A stretch of 64,000 nt of DNA from Dicyema japonicum (lineage: Eukaryota > Animalia > Dicyemida). The number at the start of each line of letters is the position of its first letter. The stretch's first letter is position 1. Location: the NCBI GenBank assembly GCA_011109175.1, contig RDEW01000043.1:1-64000 (forward strand). Reading direction: 5' to 3'. Below, piece after piece: positions 50,900-64,000 of the stretch. The notes under the pieces were generated by a model, which worked only from the letters and a program-made list of their open reading frames with translations, searched no databases and had not been told where the DNA came from. The position numbers were made by a program, and so were the translations under genes.

Positions 50900-53800
50900 G
50901 AAATAGAACATACAGGATGATTGGCCTATAACTCAGAAGGTCCCTCTTTGACATCCCTGACTTGGGGACCATCCTCAATATAGACCTTTTTCATAAAGGT
51001 GGAATAAACCCAATCTTGAGACTTACATTAAACAACTCTTCTGTACCATCCACGTGTGATTGGCACATGGGCAATGTTGAACCTAAACCGGACAAGCGAT
51101 GGAGCCTTCCCCCTGATAAGGTACCTTTTGGGCCCGGGGCACATGACATGTCTCGGGTCATCCCCAAGGAAACTGACTCAGTAGTGCTAGTCTTCGGGGT
51201 CCCCCTGGACTTCGGAGATGATGTACTAGATCATATCAAGAAGGACTACCCCATGAAGCACAAGATCAAGCGCTTCAAGAGTGGGGGCAGGAAGTCCGGA
51301 CCTTGAAGGTCTGTCTTCGATCAGGAGCAGAGGCAGAGAGGATCTGCCTAGGAAGGTACGAATTGGTTACTTTAGGTTCGGTGTGGCCCGAGAGCGACCG
51401 GTAGCAATCCAGTGCTACAGATGCCAAGGATTTGGCCACACCAGCCCCCGATGCACTTATAAAGAGAAATGCCTAAATTGCAGGAGCCCACATTCACGGA
51501 AGGCCGTCAATCCAAAGTCAGGTTTCTCAAGTGCGTGAACTGTGGCGAGGAGGGACACAGGGCGAGCCATCAAGTGCCCCCTTTTTCAAATAGGCATCAG
51601 AGAAGGTACTACAGGGGAGAAGGCAGGCGCCCTCCTCTGGAGTGGCCAGCGATGTAAGCGCTGTCCACCGTGTGGTAAGTCGCTACTGCTCAACGTTCCC
51701 TAATGCGCTTAGGGACATTGCGCTGTGCGATAGGAAGGCCAATGCTCGAAATGATGTTGAGCATCATTTCGGTAAACGCTAGGTCCCTCCGGAGAAGAAG
51801 GAAGACCATCGAGGATCTTCTGGACTCCCTGGAGGTCGACATCTTGGTCCTTAACGAGACCAAGTGTAAGGATACGGCTGCTGCAGACTTTAAAGGCTAT
51901 ACAAGTTGTCATCTCTTGTGGAATGACACACATCGAGGTTCTGACACTAGTATCTATTGGAGGACGAGTCTAGCAGCAGTCGTCCGAGGTATTTCAGTGC
52001 CCTCATTGCGAGCTTATATTATTACGCGCTAGGTTTCTAGTTTTACTATTGTCATTGGGGCAATGTATGCCAAGCAGTTGTAGTTGTGTAAGGATCACAT
52101 TAAAACTGCCTTCGACACGCATCCCCATTGCGTTATTTTTGGCGATCTGAATGGATTTTGGCTTTTGGCTGCTTTACTAATAACAAAGGGATCGCACTGC
52201 AGAACCTAGCGGGAGATCTTGGGCTCTCCGTTACTACATCAACGGATCCCAACCACAAGGATTCTATAGGAGGAGAGGACTACCTGGAAATGGCCGTAGC
52301 CTCTCCGTCGTTAACTAATATGCTCTCACTACCTCGTGTTTTTAGGGATCTTGGAAGCGATCACCGTCCCTACTTACCGTGCTTCACGAACCTGTTCGAC
52401 CTCAGGCCCCAATTGGCTACGACTTAGGCTCTGGCAATTGGGATAACCTGGAGTCGTTCATGGATAGAAAACTCCCTTCTCTCAAAGGGCAAGTTTGCAG
52501 TGAAGCAGACGTGGAGGAAATGGATGCCACCCTGCGTGATATCCTTGAGGAATACATACGGACTAACTTCCGGTTACGTCTGCATGGTGAAAGCTTCGCG
52601 TGAATTCCAGGCCTGATTTTAAGTAAAATAATACTTAGAAACGTGTACGAAGAAAATAGGTCCTACTAAAAGAATAGGGCAAACATCCTGAAGAGGAAAA
52701 CCAAGAAGGGGCTTGTTGAGTTCCAGAGTAATAAATAGAGGAGGGCCTGCGAGAGGGTGAACCCCGCATGGCCGGACTTCTGGAGTCAACTCAAGCGACT
52801 ATCGGGCAGAGGGGAAACGTTGTCTGCACGTACCTTGAGTCGTGCGGATGGATCTAAACATCTTCGCACTACAGTTCGACCGAGCGAATTCGTGGAAAGG
52901 TCTGCCGGCCAGTGCGTAGAGGACGTCATCTCCATGGAAAGGCGCAAGCTGTGCAGCTTTCGGGGAACCCGAAGGCTGTATGACTGATTTACAAATTCGA
53001 AAATATTAGGGCATCTCTCAACACACGGTTCCAGGATATTGTCCCTTCTTAGACTATTGAAGGAGTTCTTGATGTCAAGTTTGACCAGGACATGTCCCCT
53101 GGAATCTTCTATACTGCGGTTTATGGATGTCCTCACTGAATGGAGAGCGGCCTCGCATTCCAAGTGAATACCGACGCCTACTTGAGGGGGTTCAAGAATT
53201 TTGTGTTCGACTCGGTCTGGCATGACGACCTCCGATGCGCCCTCGTTGAAGGAGGAATTCCCCTGGAACTAATGAGTTGGTTATCCAGCTTCTTAGAGGA
53301 TCGGACGAACTACGTAAGGCATAAAGGTTGCCGATCCAGTTTGTTTAAATCTAACGGGGGAATTCTACAAGGTCGGTTTTGAGCCCAACTTTTTAACATA
53401 TACTTGTCAACACTCCCTCACTCAGCCAATGTGAAGACAGAGATGGCTGTCTATGCTGATGACATATACTCTGGGATCACTCGTGGAGACCAGATGTGGC
53501 GTGTCGGAGATGCAACTCGCCGTCGATGAAATCATACGCTGGTGTGAGAGCAGAGGACTCAGACTGAGGCCGGAGATATGCAGGTTGTTAGTCTTTGATC
53601 GCCCTAAGCGGTCTAACTATGTAATACCTAAAGTGACCATCTACGGGGTACCTATAGAGGTCAATGGGCGGACGAGCTACTTTGGTGTGACTTTCAACTC
53701 CAAGTGTAGTTTCCAGGAGCACACTACCCCTCGTTAAAAGGCGGGCGGTGCAAAGGCTAGGAGCACTGAAGGCTTTTCAGCTGAGTCGTGATGCCTGGGC

Positions 53801-54090
53801 CAAAGTGTTCAACGCCATGGTGCTGCCTATGCTCACTTATGGTGCGCACTCCTAGTATCGCAGTGAGGAACGCGAAAAGTGCCTCACCAACCTTAGGAAA
53901 GTCCGGCGGCGGGCAATACGGTATTCTCTAGGAATTTCTTATAGAGCGCAGCTGCCGGAAAGAGGATACCTTGATTTCAAGGACCCGGAGGAAATCATAA
54001 AAAAGATTCTGAAAATATAAAAAGAAGGAGACGCGGGGAAGACGTCAGTGGAGCCATAAGAACGCAGCCGCAAGGCAGTGAAAGTGAGAT
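50900..54090 (+). mobile_element. Near full-length decayed I/Jockey-type LINE (gag ORF1, APE, RT)
   Basis: QCYRCQGFGH and CVNCGEEGHRA knuckles; NARSL, LNETK, GDLN, GSDH (APE); FDSVWH, GILQG, YADD, YFGVTF (RT). Many stops. The knuckle segment is duplicated at about 50655-50765. Confidence 0.88.
52974..53196 (-). mobile_element. Internal CRE-like RT fragment nested in the LINE
   Basis: Nearly identical to 62314-62543. Confidence 0.85.
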
Positions 54091-54434
54091 TAATTAGATT
54101 TTCCCTAACTAATTACTATTATTTCTTGCCTAATAAAGTTTTTCCGTTCCGCTTTAATCAACACGAAGAGTAAAAGACGTCCATACTTGCAGTAGAGTGG
54201 GGGAAAGCAAACTTGCAGAAGAATCCATCCCGTTGAGAATAAGGCCGCAAAATCGATATTGCCGTTACAACGCCGTTGTAACGTAAACCGCAAAAAACCG
54301 CAAAAAATATATTAATTAATTAGCTAAGTAATTAAAAAAATTTCAAATGTTTTTTAATATTTAAATTATAAAGAAAATTTCACCTTTTTAAAATAGTTAA
54401 CCTTTTATGACAAAAATTTTGAACAAATAGTCAT

Positions 54435-54950
54435 ATAGCGGCCGCCTTGACTGCATGGCTATTCCCTCTCAGGATGGCGAACGAGATTCGCTCAAATAAC
54501 GAGCATCGCTCACGGGGATCTCCTGATCGTCTAGAAATCCGAATTCCCCAGACGACTCAAGAATTTCAATGTCGCATGCGCAAGGGTTGAACAAAAAAAT
54601 CATTTGGTAGTACCGCGTACATACCTACCTTTTAGCACCGAATAGCTACAGATAGTGCACCAAAACTAAAGTAACCTGCTCTAACGTTATCAAGGGAGAT
54701 CCTCTCAAATGTAGTATATCTTTATGGCATTCAGTCTCCTGCATTTAATGTTAAAGCGTTCGACCTTGAACGCCGAGGTTAGTTCCTCTTATAACATCGA
54801 ATAAGACAGCATCAGCAAACACAGGAGAAGATTCCACCCGGGACAGCATGCGTGCGTTGGCACCAAAAAGTTCCTTGTTGTTCATCTCAGATTCTAAACT
54901 GAGGCACCTTCTCCGCTTTTGAAACTCAAAAAAATTGTTATTTTCCTTGC
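54435..54950 (-). mobile_element. CRE-like LINE 3' fragment
   Basis: Homologous to 12110-12240 and 61720-61790. Confidence 0.65.
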
Positions 54951-55347
54951 TTTAAACTATGCATTTGACTATACGGTTGCTGTTTTGCGAAACCGCAGGT
55001 TTTCCTCAGAGTAGCCACCCACCGCCTTTCGATAAGCTTATAGATTATCCATTGTCTGAGGAAGACCAAAATCGACTTGTTCTCCCACTTTCCTAAAACT
55101 AAATATTTCTGTATAAGACTAGAGATATAAACAAAAATAAGTCTATTTACTCGTTGCTATAGCAACAGAAATTATTAAATCGACTTTTTAAAAAAAACAT
55201 ACAAAATCCCACAACAAAGCTAACAAAAAGTATAAAAATAATCTTTATTATAAATTTAATAATAATCATAATAATATGGATCATAGTAGAAAGGGGCGTA
55301 CCAATCATTATTAGCCCAATAATCAAAGTCAGATATTTTGTCATAAA

Positions 55348-55721
55348 TTACATTGTACATTGGGGATACATTTGCTCCACTCTTCCAAACATTGCATTAA
55401 AATTATCATTTACTCTTTCAAAATAAGGATTTAAGTCAATCGTTTCTTTTATCCCTTCATTTCGAGGATTGACAGAGTCAACAATAAATTGATATGTGTT
55501 TTTTCTGACTCTCTTCAGAATTGCGGGGGCATTATAGTATGTTCTTAGGGACCTGTTTAGTTTGTCCACATTCATTGTTGGGTTTGACTTTTCTATTCCC
55601 CACAATCTGGATAATTCAGTAATATTTGATATTTTAAATGTATTAACTGCCACCCATTCCACACAGGATTGTTTTCTGATAATAATCTGTGAATAAATTT
55701 GTGAAGTAGAGACTTAACCAT
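55348..55721 (-). CDS. Small ETS-domain transcription factor, intronless, one frameshift near 55665
   Basis: LHKFIHRLL..CVEW...FKI..ELSRLWGIEK.NPTMNVDKLNRSLRTYY..ILKRV..YQF; AT-rich tract upstream. Confidence 0.85.
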
Positions 55722-55899
55722 AACCGCAAAATCAATAAATCGATAATTTTAAACATTTATTTAATTATTAATAAATAATAATAATAATTAAATAATTAAA
55801 TATAATTATATTAATTTAACATAGTTTTTATTAATTATAAACAATTCATTGGACCATGCATCACTTATGCATGTGGTATATTGGGTTCACTTATCTCTT

Positions 55900-56610
55900 G
55901 AACGAATGTTGGAGAAGAGCCTCCAAAATTACGGAACGCTAGATCTCTGGAGAACTCCAGCCACTAATGCCTCTTGAAGCCTTGATGAGAATGAACCACG
56001 GAACGCACCGTCGTGACTGCGAAGGTTCAGTCACTCGACCGATACGCGCTTGTGTGGGAACGAGGGAGGAGCATTGGGCCAAGATGAGGTCCCTGCTAGA
56101 GCGTGCTGGGATAACGTGATTAGTTAGTTTATGTAACCGTGGTCTCTGGTGTTATCATTATTATTAATTAAAATATCCAAGTTATCAACTTGTTGGATGA
56201 CTCCTCACTAAAGACTTGCAGAAGCTGAATGTTATACTCGCGACTGTGGAGTATGCTTCCGTTGCATGGAGATTCGCGTTATTAGAGACTACGCTCCACA
56301 AAGTCAATTCAATTTACCGGAAAACTATATTTATGATGGGCCCTCACTCTGGATCAACGGTTAACCCCCACTCACGGAAGCTGCGACTCGTAGTCGCGGA
56401 ACCGGATTCCTTCGGGTCTGTAAGGAGGGTGGAAACCCGCTTAGCTATCCTTCTCCAAGACAAAAGAAAGTCGATTGGTTAGGAAGTTCTTTTTTCCAAT
56501 CGGATTCTTATTGCAGGGATGAGAGAAGGCTCTTTCGCACGGAGTGGGAACAATGGGAGACCACAGACGTTGGATGGCTCGTTTGATTGCGGGAACAGGG
56601 ATTACCTAAC
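55900..56610 (+). mobile_element. Two Jockey/I-like LINE 3' fragments
   Basis: Both end in GIT-stop; first has the TTAGTTAG..GTGGTCT UTR; VEYASVAW motif. Confidence 0.6.
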
Positions 56611-56819
56611 TCTCTGACGTTTTTTTGTCTTTCTTTCTCGGTGATCCCGGGGTTCTAATAAATAAATGAGTATTTGACAAATCTCTAATGATGTCTTTGT
56701 CATTATGAAAACTCTTTTCCCGAAGAATGAGTGATGTCTGCGACGGTAGGCCATGTGATGAAAATGGAAGAGGGTGACCTACTTCTCCACCTCGCTTCGG
56801 AACCAGAACCCTGTAATGG

Positions 56820-58740
<1,921 letters not shown>

Positions 58741-59178
58741 TCAAGGACATTGTCGAGTGGGTTAACTACGCAATCATCTGCCTAACACGAGAATGTAGAA
58801 AGTAGGAGGCATACTGAGAGGAATACCAGAGAATTTGAGAACTCTACTGAGAGAGGTTGGGATCACCTAATTACGCGATTTTCTCTAAAGTGACTCTTGG
58901 TATTTTAATAATAAAAGTGTCACCTACCAATCCACATTCACTTATTGATTTTGACCGAGAATATAATAAGTGTCCAATCTTCCTGGGAGATACATATATT
59001 TTTATGTTACTCTAAGTCTACGATATGCCATAGTTATGTACGAAGTATATGGTTTTAAATCCCGCCAAAAATTCAAATAACTCGGGGGATCATCTGTCAG
59101 AAGCTCTACGTATGATACTTAATATGACTCTGTATGGTCCTAATAATTTCCAATAATTAACTGAATTTTAATATTTTT

Positions 59179-60368
59179 TTATTCCCAAACTGAGAAAATC
59201 AAGTAATTTTTATACAAAGAATTGATAATGTCGGTTGTGATGAATTCATCAAAATTATGAGATATTAGCATAATCACAAAGACGATATCCGATTTTAAGT
59301 AATTTTGTGTAAAGTCCCTTACTAATTCGGGGCTATTTGGATCCCCTAAAAGATGTTCAGAGATCTGCTTTCTTATATAATTAACTTTCGCTTCTCCACT
59401 CAAAAATACTCTCAACCACTTCACGGAGCTGGCCATGTTGAGACATAATAGTAGAATCAGCCAAATCCAATAAACCACAAATATGACTTCCAAAATTAGA
59501 TTTATGGACAGGACACACTGGACACTGTAATTGTGTCCTAGAATCATATTTCCGAATTCTTTGACGTTAAAATCACATAAAACAACACGTGGAAAATAAT
59601 GGGAAGATTCTGTCCGATTATTTGTGATCAGTCCACGTGCAATCTTGTGTCCAAAATAAGTGATGCGACCATTAGAGAACAGAATATCGATAAATATGAT
59701 TTGAAAAACCACGTTGGCGATGTATAATACTTTGGATGTGATGTACATTATGGATATGTAGTCCCCGTCTTTATTTTCGTCACAGATCCCCATAATTTGG
59801 AGGATTATTGTGATAATCTTGCATTTAAACGGATTCTCATTCAGATAGAGATCCCTCACTTTCAATATTCGGCGAAAGTATCTGACTATAACATTAATAC
59901 TGATTTTTCTGATCTGCAAATTTGAGGATTTGTTGTGATTCGCAACGTGGCTGAACACATTCCCGATGTTAATGCTCAAACTTCTTCTAGAATTCCAAAA
60001 AATCAAAGGAATTTGGCCTAAAAATCCGAATACCATGAATAATAGTGGAATATAGGGATAATAACGGAGCTGGTGTTTAACTTGGTGTGATTCGGGGATA
60101 TTTCTATCCATGGGGACGTAGTATGTTCCATGAATGTAACAAATTGAATTTATGTAGAGAGTATAAGAATCTAAAGTAGTTAAAACGTCGTACTGTGGTA
60201 ATTCTTAGGGGCTATGCACTCTATAGGTGATCCTGTCAACTGTCTTGTAGTGACTACAGAGAAGAACAGAATGAGTAGATAAAAGGTGGTTGAGTGATTA
60301 AGCTTGTCAACAAAGTCGTCCTCTGAATTGGAGTAGAATGCCTGGTTGATAATTTCAGCGAAATCCAT
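59179..60368 (-). CDS. Innexin 2, 2 exons
   Basis: EDDFVDKLNH..RQLTGSPIECIAP, 23-nt intron 60171-60193, SICYIHGTY, YYPYIP, FPRVVLCDF, QCVLSINLILE..YWIW, YLKSD. Confidence 0.93.
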
Positions 60369-61384
60369 TTGTATTTAAACAGTCGAATTTTATTATATAT
60401 CGTTGATTTATAGAAAATTTAATAAATATATTTAATTTACCAAAAAACTTAAAATTGAAGTGATTTTTAAAAAATTTAATTAAAATCATAAATTAAAATA
60501 TGCGATTAGTCTATTATGTGATTTTATACAGATTGCTTTCGTACGTGCTTGTAGTTTCTGTGGATCGTCGACTGTCGGCCTGAGTGCCTAAAAGTAGCCC
60601 GAATCAACGAATCAATCTGATAATATTTTAGTGATACAGCAATCACACGTGTCATCTTCAATTATTGGCCATCTCAAACATAAGGGTACATCATGTTTTG
60701 GAGAATACAAGCATAATACTTTAGTGTGTTCTCGGTGATTTTAAATTTCGATATTTTTTAATTTAATTAAAAAATTATTTCTTTAAATTTAAAAAGTGAA
60801 AGTGTTTAGATTTAATAGAAAAAATAACAATAAAATATTACATAATTAATGCGGTAAGAAATTTACAGTGAAATACAATAATAATGAATAATATCTCTTC
60901 CATCGAGGAGTAATAATGTTTCCATTACTCATCTCATCTTACATCACTCTTGACTTTCTGATGTATAACGGAAATAGTAGACTTTTACATCACTCCCGAC
61001 TTTCTGATTTACTACATTGTACTAATTTTCACTAAAAATAGAGAGAAAAAATTATTTTACTATTTGTTAAAAAATGTCCTATTCGATCACAATTCCCGTG
61101 GAGACCTAAATCACAACGCTTGACACGTAAAACTTTTATTTATCCAAAATTTGAGTAACAAGAAAAACGTGTACAGAATCAAGAATTTCTTTAACTATAT
61201 TTAGCAAGTTCTGTCAAATTTGGACAAACGGAATTCGATTCGAGTAAATCTAGATTCCAGAACTTTTTAATTCCGCATAAATCGTTACTGAAATACAATT
61301 ATTAAATTTTGCATAAAAGAAAGTAAAACGATATCAAATACCCTTTAAAAAAGTTTTGTGAACTTTAATGTTAAACTTTTTTTT

Positions 61385-61696
61385 AATAGCCTTTTCACGA
61401 GAGCCATAATATTTATAGCTCCGCATAGGCAGGACACACACTTTATTTAAGTAAAGAACAGTTAATTTTAACTAATCGCAGAACCAAGGAATGATCTTCA
61501 CTTCTTTTTTCATTTTCTTGTGTGTGGGTCCTTTCTAGACAATCCAGTTCCGCAGTGAGTATCCACTGATGACGGCGTCACTCGTCAAACCCTTTTAGCA
61601 TCGTAGATGCGTGGAACCTTCAACCAGGTAAACAGCAGCGAGAATCGAACCCGTAACATAAGTCACTTTAGCCCGACACCTAACCACTACACAATG
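61385..61696 (-). mobile_element. tRNA-derived SINE, full-length copy
   Basis: Reverse strand TGTGTAGTGGTTAGG...GGGTTCGATTCTCG, followed by core and tail. Confidence 0.82.
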
Positions 61697-61719
61697 TTAA
61701 ACTTATGCAAAGAAAATCA

Positions 61720-63345
61720 TATTCCCTCTCAGGATGGCAAGCGAGATTCGCTCAAACAACCAGCAGCGCTCACGAGTCTCCTGATGTGTGTCATTCCACG
61801 CTCAAACAACCAGCAGCGCTCATACGGACGTATTTATCATCCAGGAAGGTACCCAGAACTCCATTGGGAATGGCGTTGAGCCAAGCACCGCTCTCGAAAG
61901 ACGTCCCGACAACAAACAGACACGGCAATATGTCTAGATGACACCAGCAAATCTTTGAAAGAATTCCAGCATATAGCATCGTCCAGGCCCTGCTGAGAGA
62001 ATGAGGAAGGCAGAGAAAGCTGATAAGTGAGGCTCTAGGCCTTACGAGCATGGCCGGTGTCCTAGTCAATAAAGAATTCAGTAGAGAATGTAGAATCTTC
62101 TTGACATGGGTGTTACAGGCAATTACCGATGATAGATATGAAGGGAGAGAAAGGTCCACAGGGTTGCGAATTCCAAGTCCTCCGAGTCTCACTGGCAGCG
62201 TGGCTCGCTTCCATTAGTAATCCTCGAACCGAACGTTGAAGATACGTTCCGCTGTCGTACGGAAGATCCCGTTAATCTGTGCGAGTTGGTCACACTGGGT
62301 GAAATAGGGAGCAGGCTGTATGACTGATTCACAAATTCAAAAATATTAGGGCATCTCTCAACACACGCTCCAGGATATTGTCTCTTCTTAGACTATTGAA
62401 GGCGTTCTTGATGTCCAGTTTGACCAGGACATGTCCCCGGGAATCTTCTATACTGCGGTTTATGGATGTCCTCACTGAATGGACAGCGGCCTCGCATCCC
62501 AAGTGAATATCGACGCCTACTTGAGGGGGTTCAAGATTTTTGTGAAGAGTGGAATAGATTATCTGGGGAAATTTTAGCAGCCAGTTTTCTGAAGACAAAC
62601 CCGACCGCAATTGGTCGTACTCCTCTGCCCTTCATATCAAGGCTATCAAATTGGCGGATAACTTCGCGAAGAACTCCAAACAGGATCCGGTTCATAAGTG
62701 AAGTAATTGAATTCGTAGGACGAAATCCCTGGTCTCCTAAGGACAAAGAGGTTTGATCCTTCAGGTAGTCAGGTCTCATTCCGTCGAGCCCGCCACTGCT
62801 ACTAGGGGCAAAATTCCGTATTGCGAAGGGAACTTCATCGTTTGATGCAGTCAGGGGACTCACTCCGGATGGGGGAGCGACTTGGACGTAGTTTGAGGTG
62901 GCAAAGGTTGTTCAGTAAAATATTTAGGCGTCGGAGTCGGTTTTCGCGGTCCACTTGAGGAAAGTTCCCTGATGGCTGCGCGGGTAGCACCTTTGATTAA
63001 CTTCGACCGAAGTTCTTGAGACGGAGCACTTCGACTTCTCGTTCTGACCACGTGTCTCCCTCGTATGGTTAGAAGCCATGACAACTGGGATGTGATACCT
63101 CCCAAAAAAGAACGAATGTTGGTCCTCATGGTGGTAGCGAGAGACTCCTTTCCGTGACCATCTCGATCAAGTCCCAGTGCGGAAGGCACAAAACTGAATA
63201 AGCACTCCCAATCATGTACTGCGTTAGTCCGGAGAGCATCTTCAATCGTTTCTGAAAGAGCCTCCGCAGCGACAGGTCGTATGGCCTTGGGAATCCTCAC
63301 AGGGATAGTCCGTGAAAAACATAATTCAGAGAGTAGGCGTAGGAA
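61720..63345 (-). mobile_element. CRE-clade non-LTR retrotransposon, internally deleted
   Basis: RIPKAIR, SSGGLDGMRPDYLK, VRPIAVG..RKLAAK, QVGV..GCEAAVH, KLDIKNAFNSLRRD, LP.RLGGLGI, SGAWLNAIP. The QGD/YxDD core and most of the RLE are absent. Confidence 0.85.
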
Positions 63346-64000
63346 CGTTTCAGGTCCGTGGTTGATGACAATTAACGGTATAACTTAAGTTTTTGAAAAT
63401 AAATTGTCCTAAAATGATTTGTCCTATTATCCTCTTAAGATGTCCTAATTGTACTACAGTCAAGTCCCAAATTGGCCCAAAATTGTTCCTGAACTATTTT
63501 TGGCCAATTTGGGAATTTAAAAAAAATTATTTAAAAAACCATTTTTTTAAATATTATGTTTATAAAAAATAATCAGTTTATAAGCCCTGGACGGAGTCAG
63601 TTTATAATAAAGCCCTGTCTCGTCCATATTGTAAATTTCACCTTTATAATGTTTGGAAATTTTTAAAAGTGATCTCAGATCCTTCTAGATCAGGTTGTTT
63701 TCTAGTTATCATTTCCCCATGTAATTTATGCATTCGAAAACCATGTCTTTTTTGAATCTTGTAAGAAATCCTTTAGAATTATTGAAATCACTAATTGATA
63801 ACTTTCAGCAATATTTTGTAGTTTTTTGATATTAGTGCATCATTTAACAAAGCATCTAACATGAAACAAATTAAAAATACCCTTAGATTCCAACAAATCC
63901 ATCCATTCTAATAGCTCAGTAGCAAGTTGCCGAGGAAGCTGATATAATAATTGTCAACGAACCGAAAGATGAAGTCAAATGAGAATACGGAACTCTCGGG

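Noticed and set aside
55147-55344. Hydrophobic 65-aa ORF just after the ETS stop
   Set aside because: Ile/Phe richness is expected from AT-rich sequence and there is no other support.

Overview
This is AT-rich eukaryotic (animal) nuclear DNA, not prokaryotic. Compact host genes are split by ultra-short GT-AG introns (mostly 22-31 nt), so the ORF track fragments nearly all of them. Recognisable genes: GLRX5, ATP9-type P4-ATPase, DSCC1, CDC37, lunapark, NT5C3, IMMP1L-like peptidase, a miniaturised Numb, an intronless CK1, a CXXC zinc-finger gene, two innexins and an ETS-domain-only factor. Innexins, Numb and ETS together with about 24-nt introns suggest a dicyemid mesozoan (inference). Intergenic DNA is mostly decayed transposons: RTE-like, Jockey/I-like and CRE-like LINEs, hAT elements, and a tRNA-derived SINE that shares its 3' tail with the RTE-like LINE. 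One nearly intact R4/Dong-like retrotransposon (39.8-43.2 kb) resembles microsporidian elements as I recall them. CACGTG looks strongly over-represented. Many genes carry single-base frameshifts in short G/C runs, most likely assembly errors. All calls were made by eye; transposon fragment boundaries are approximate.
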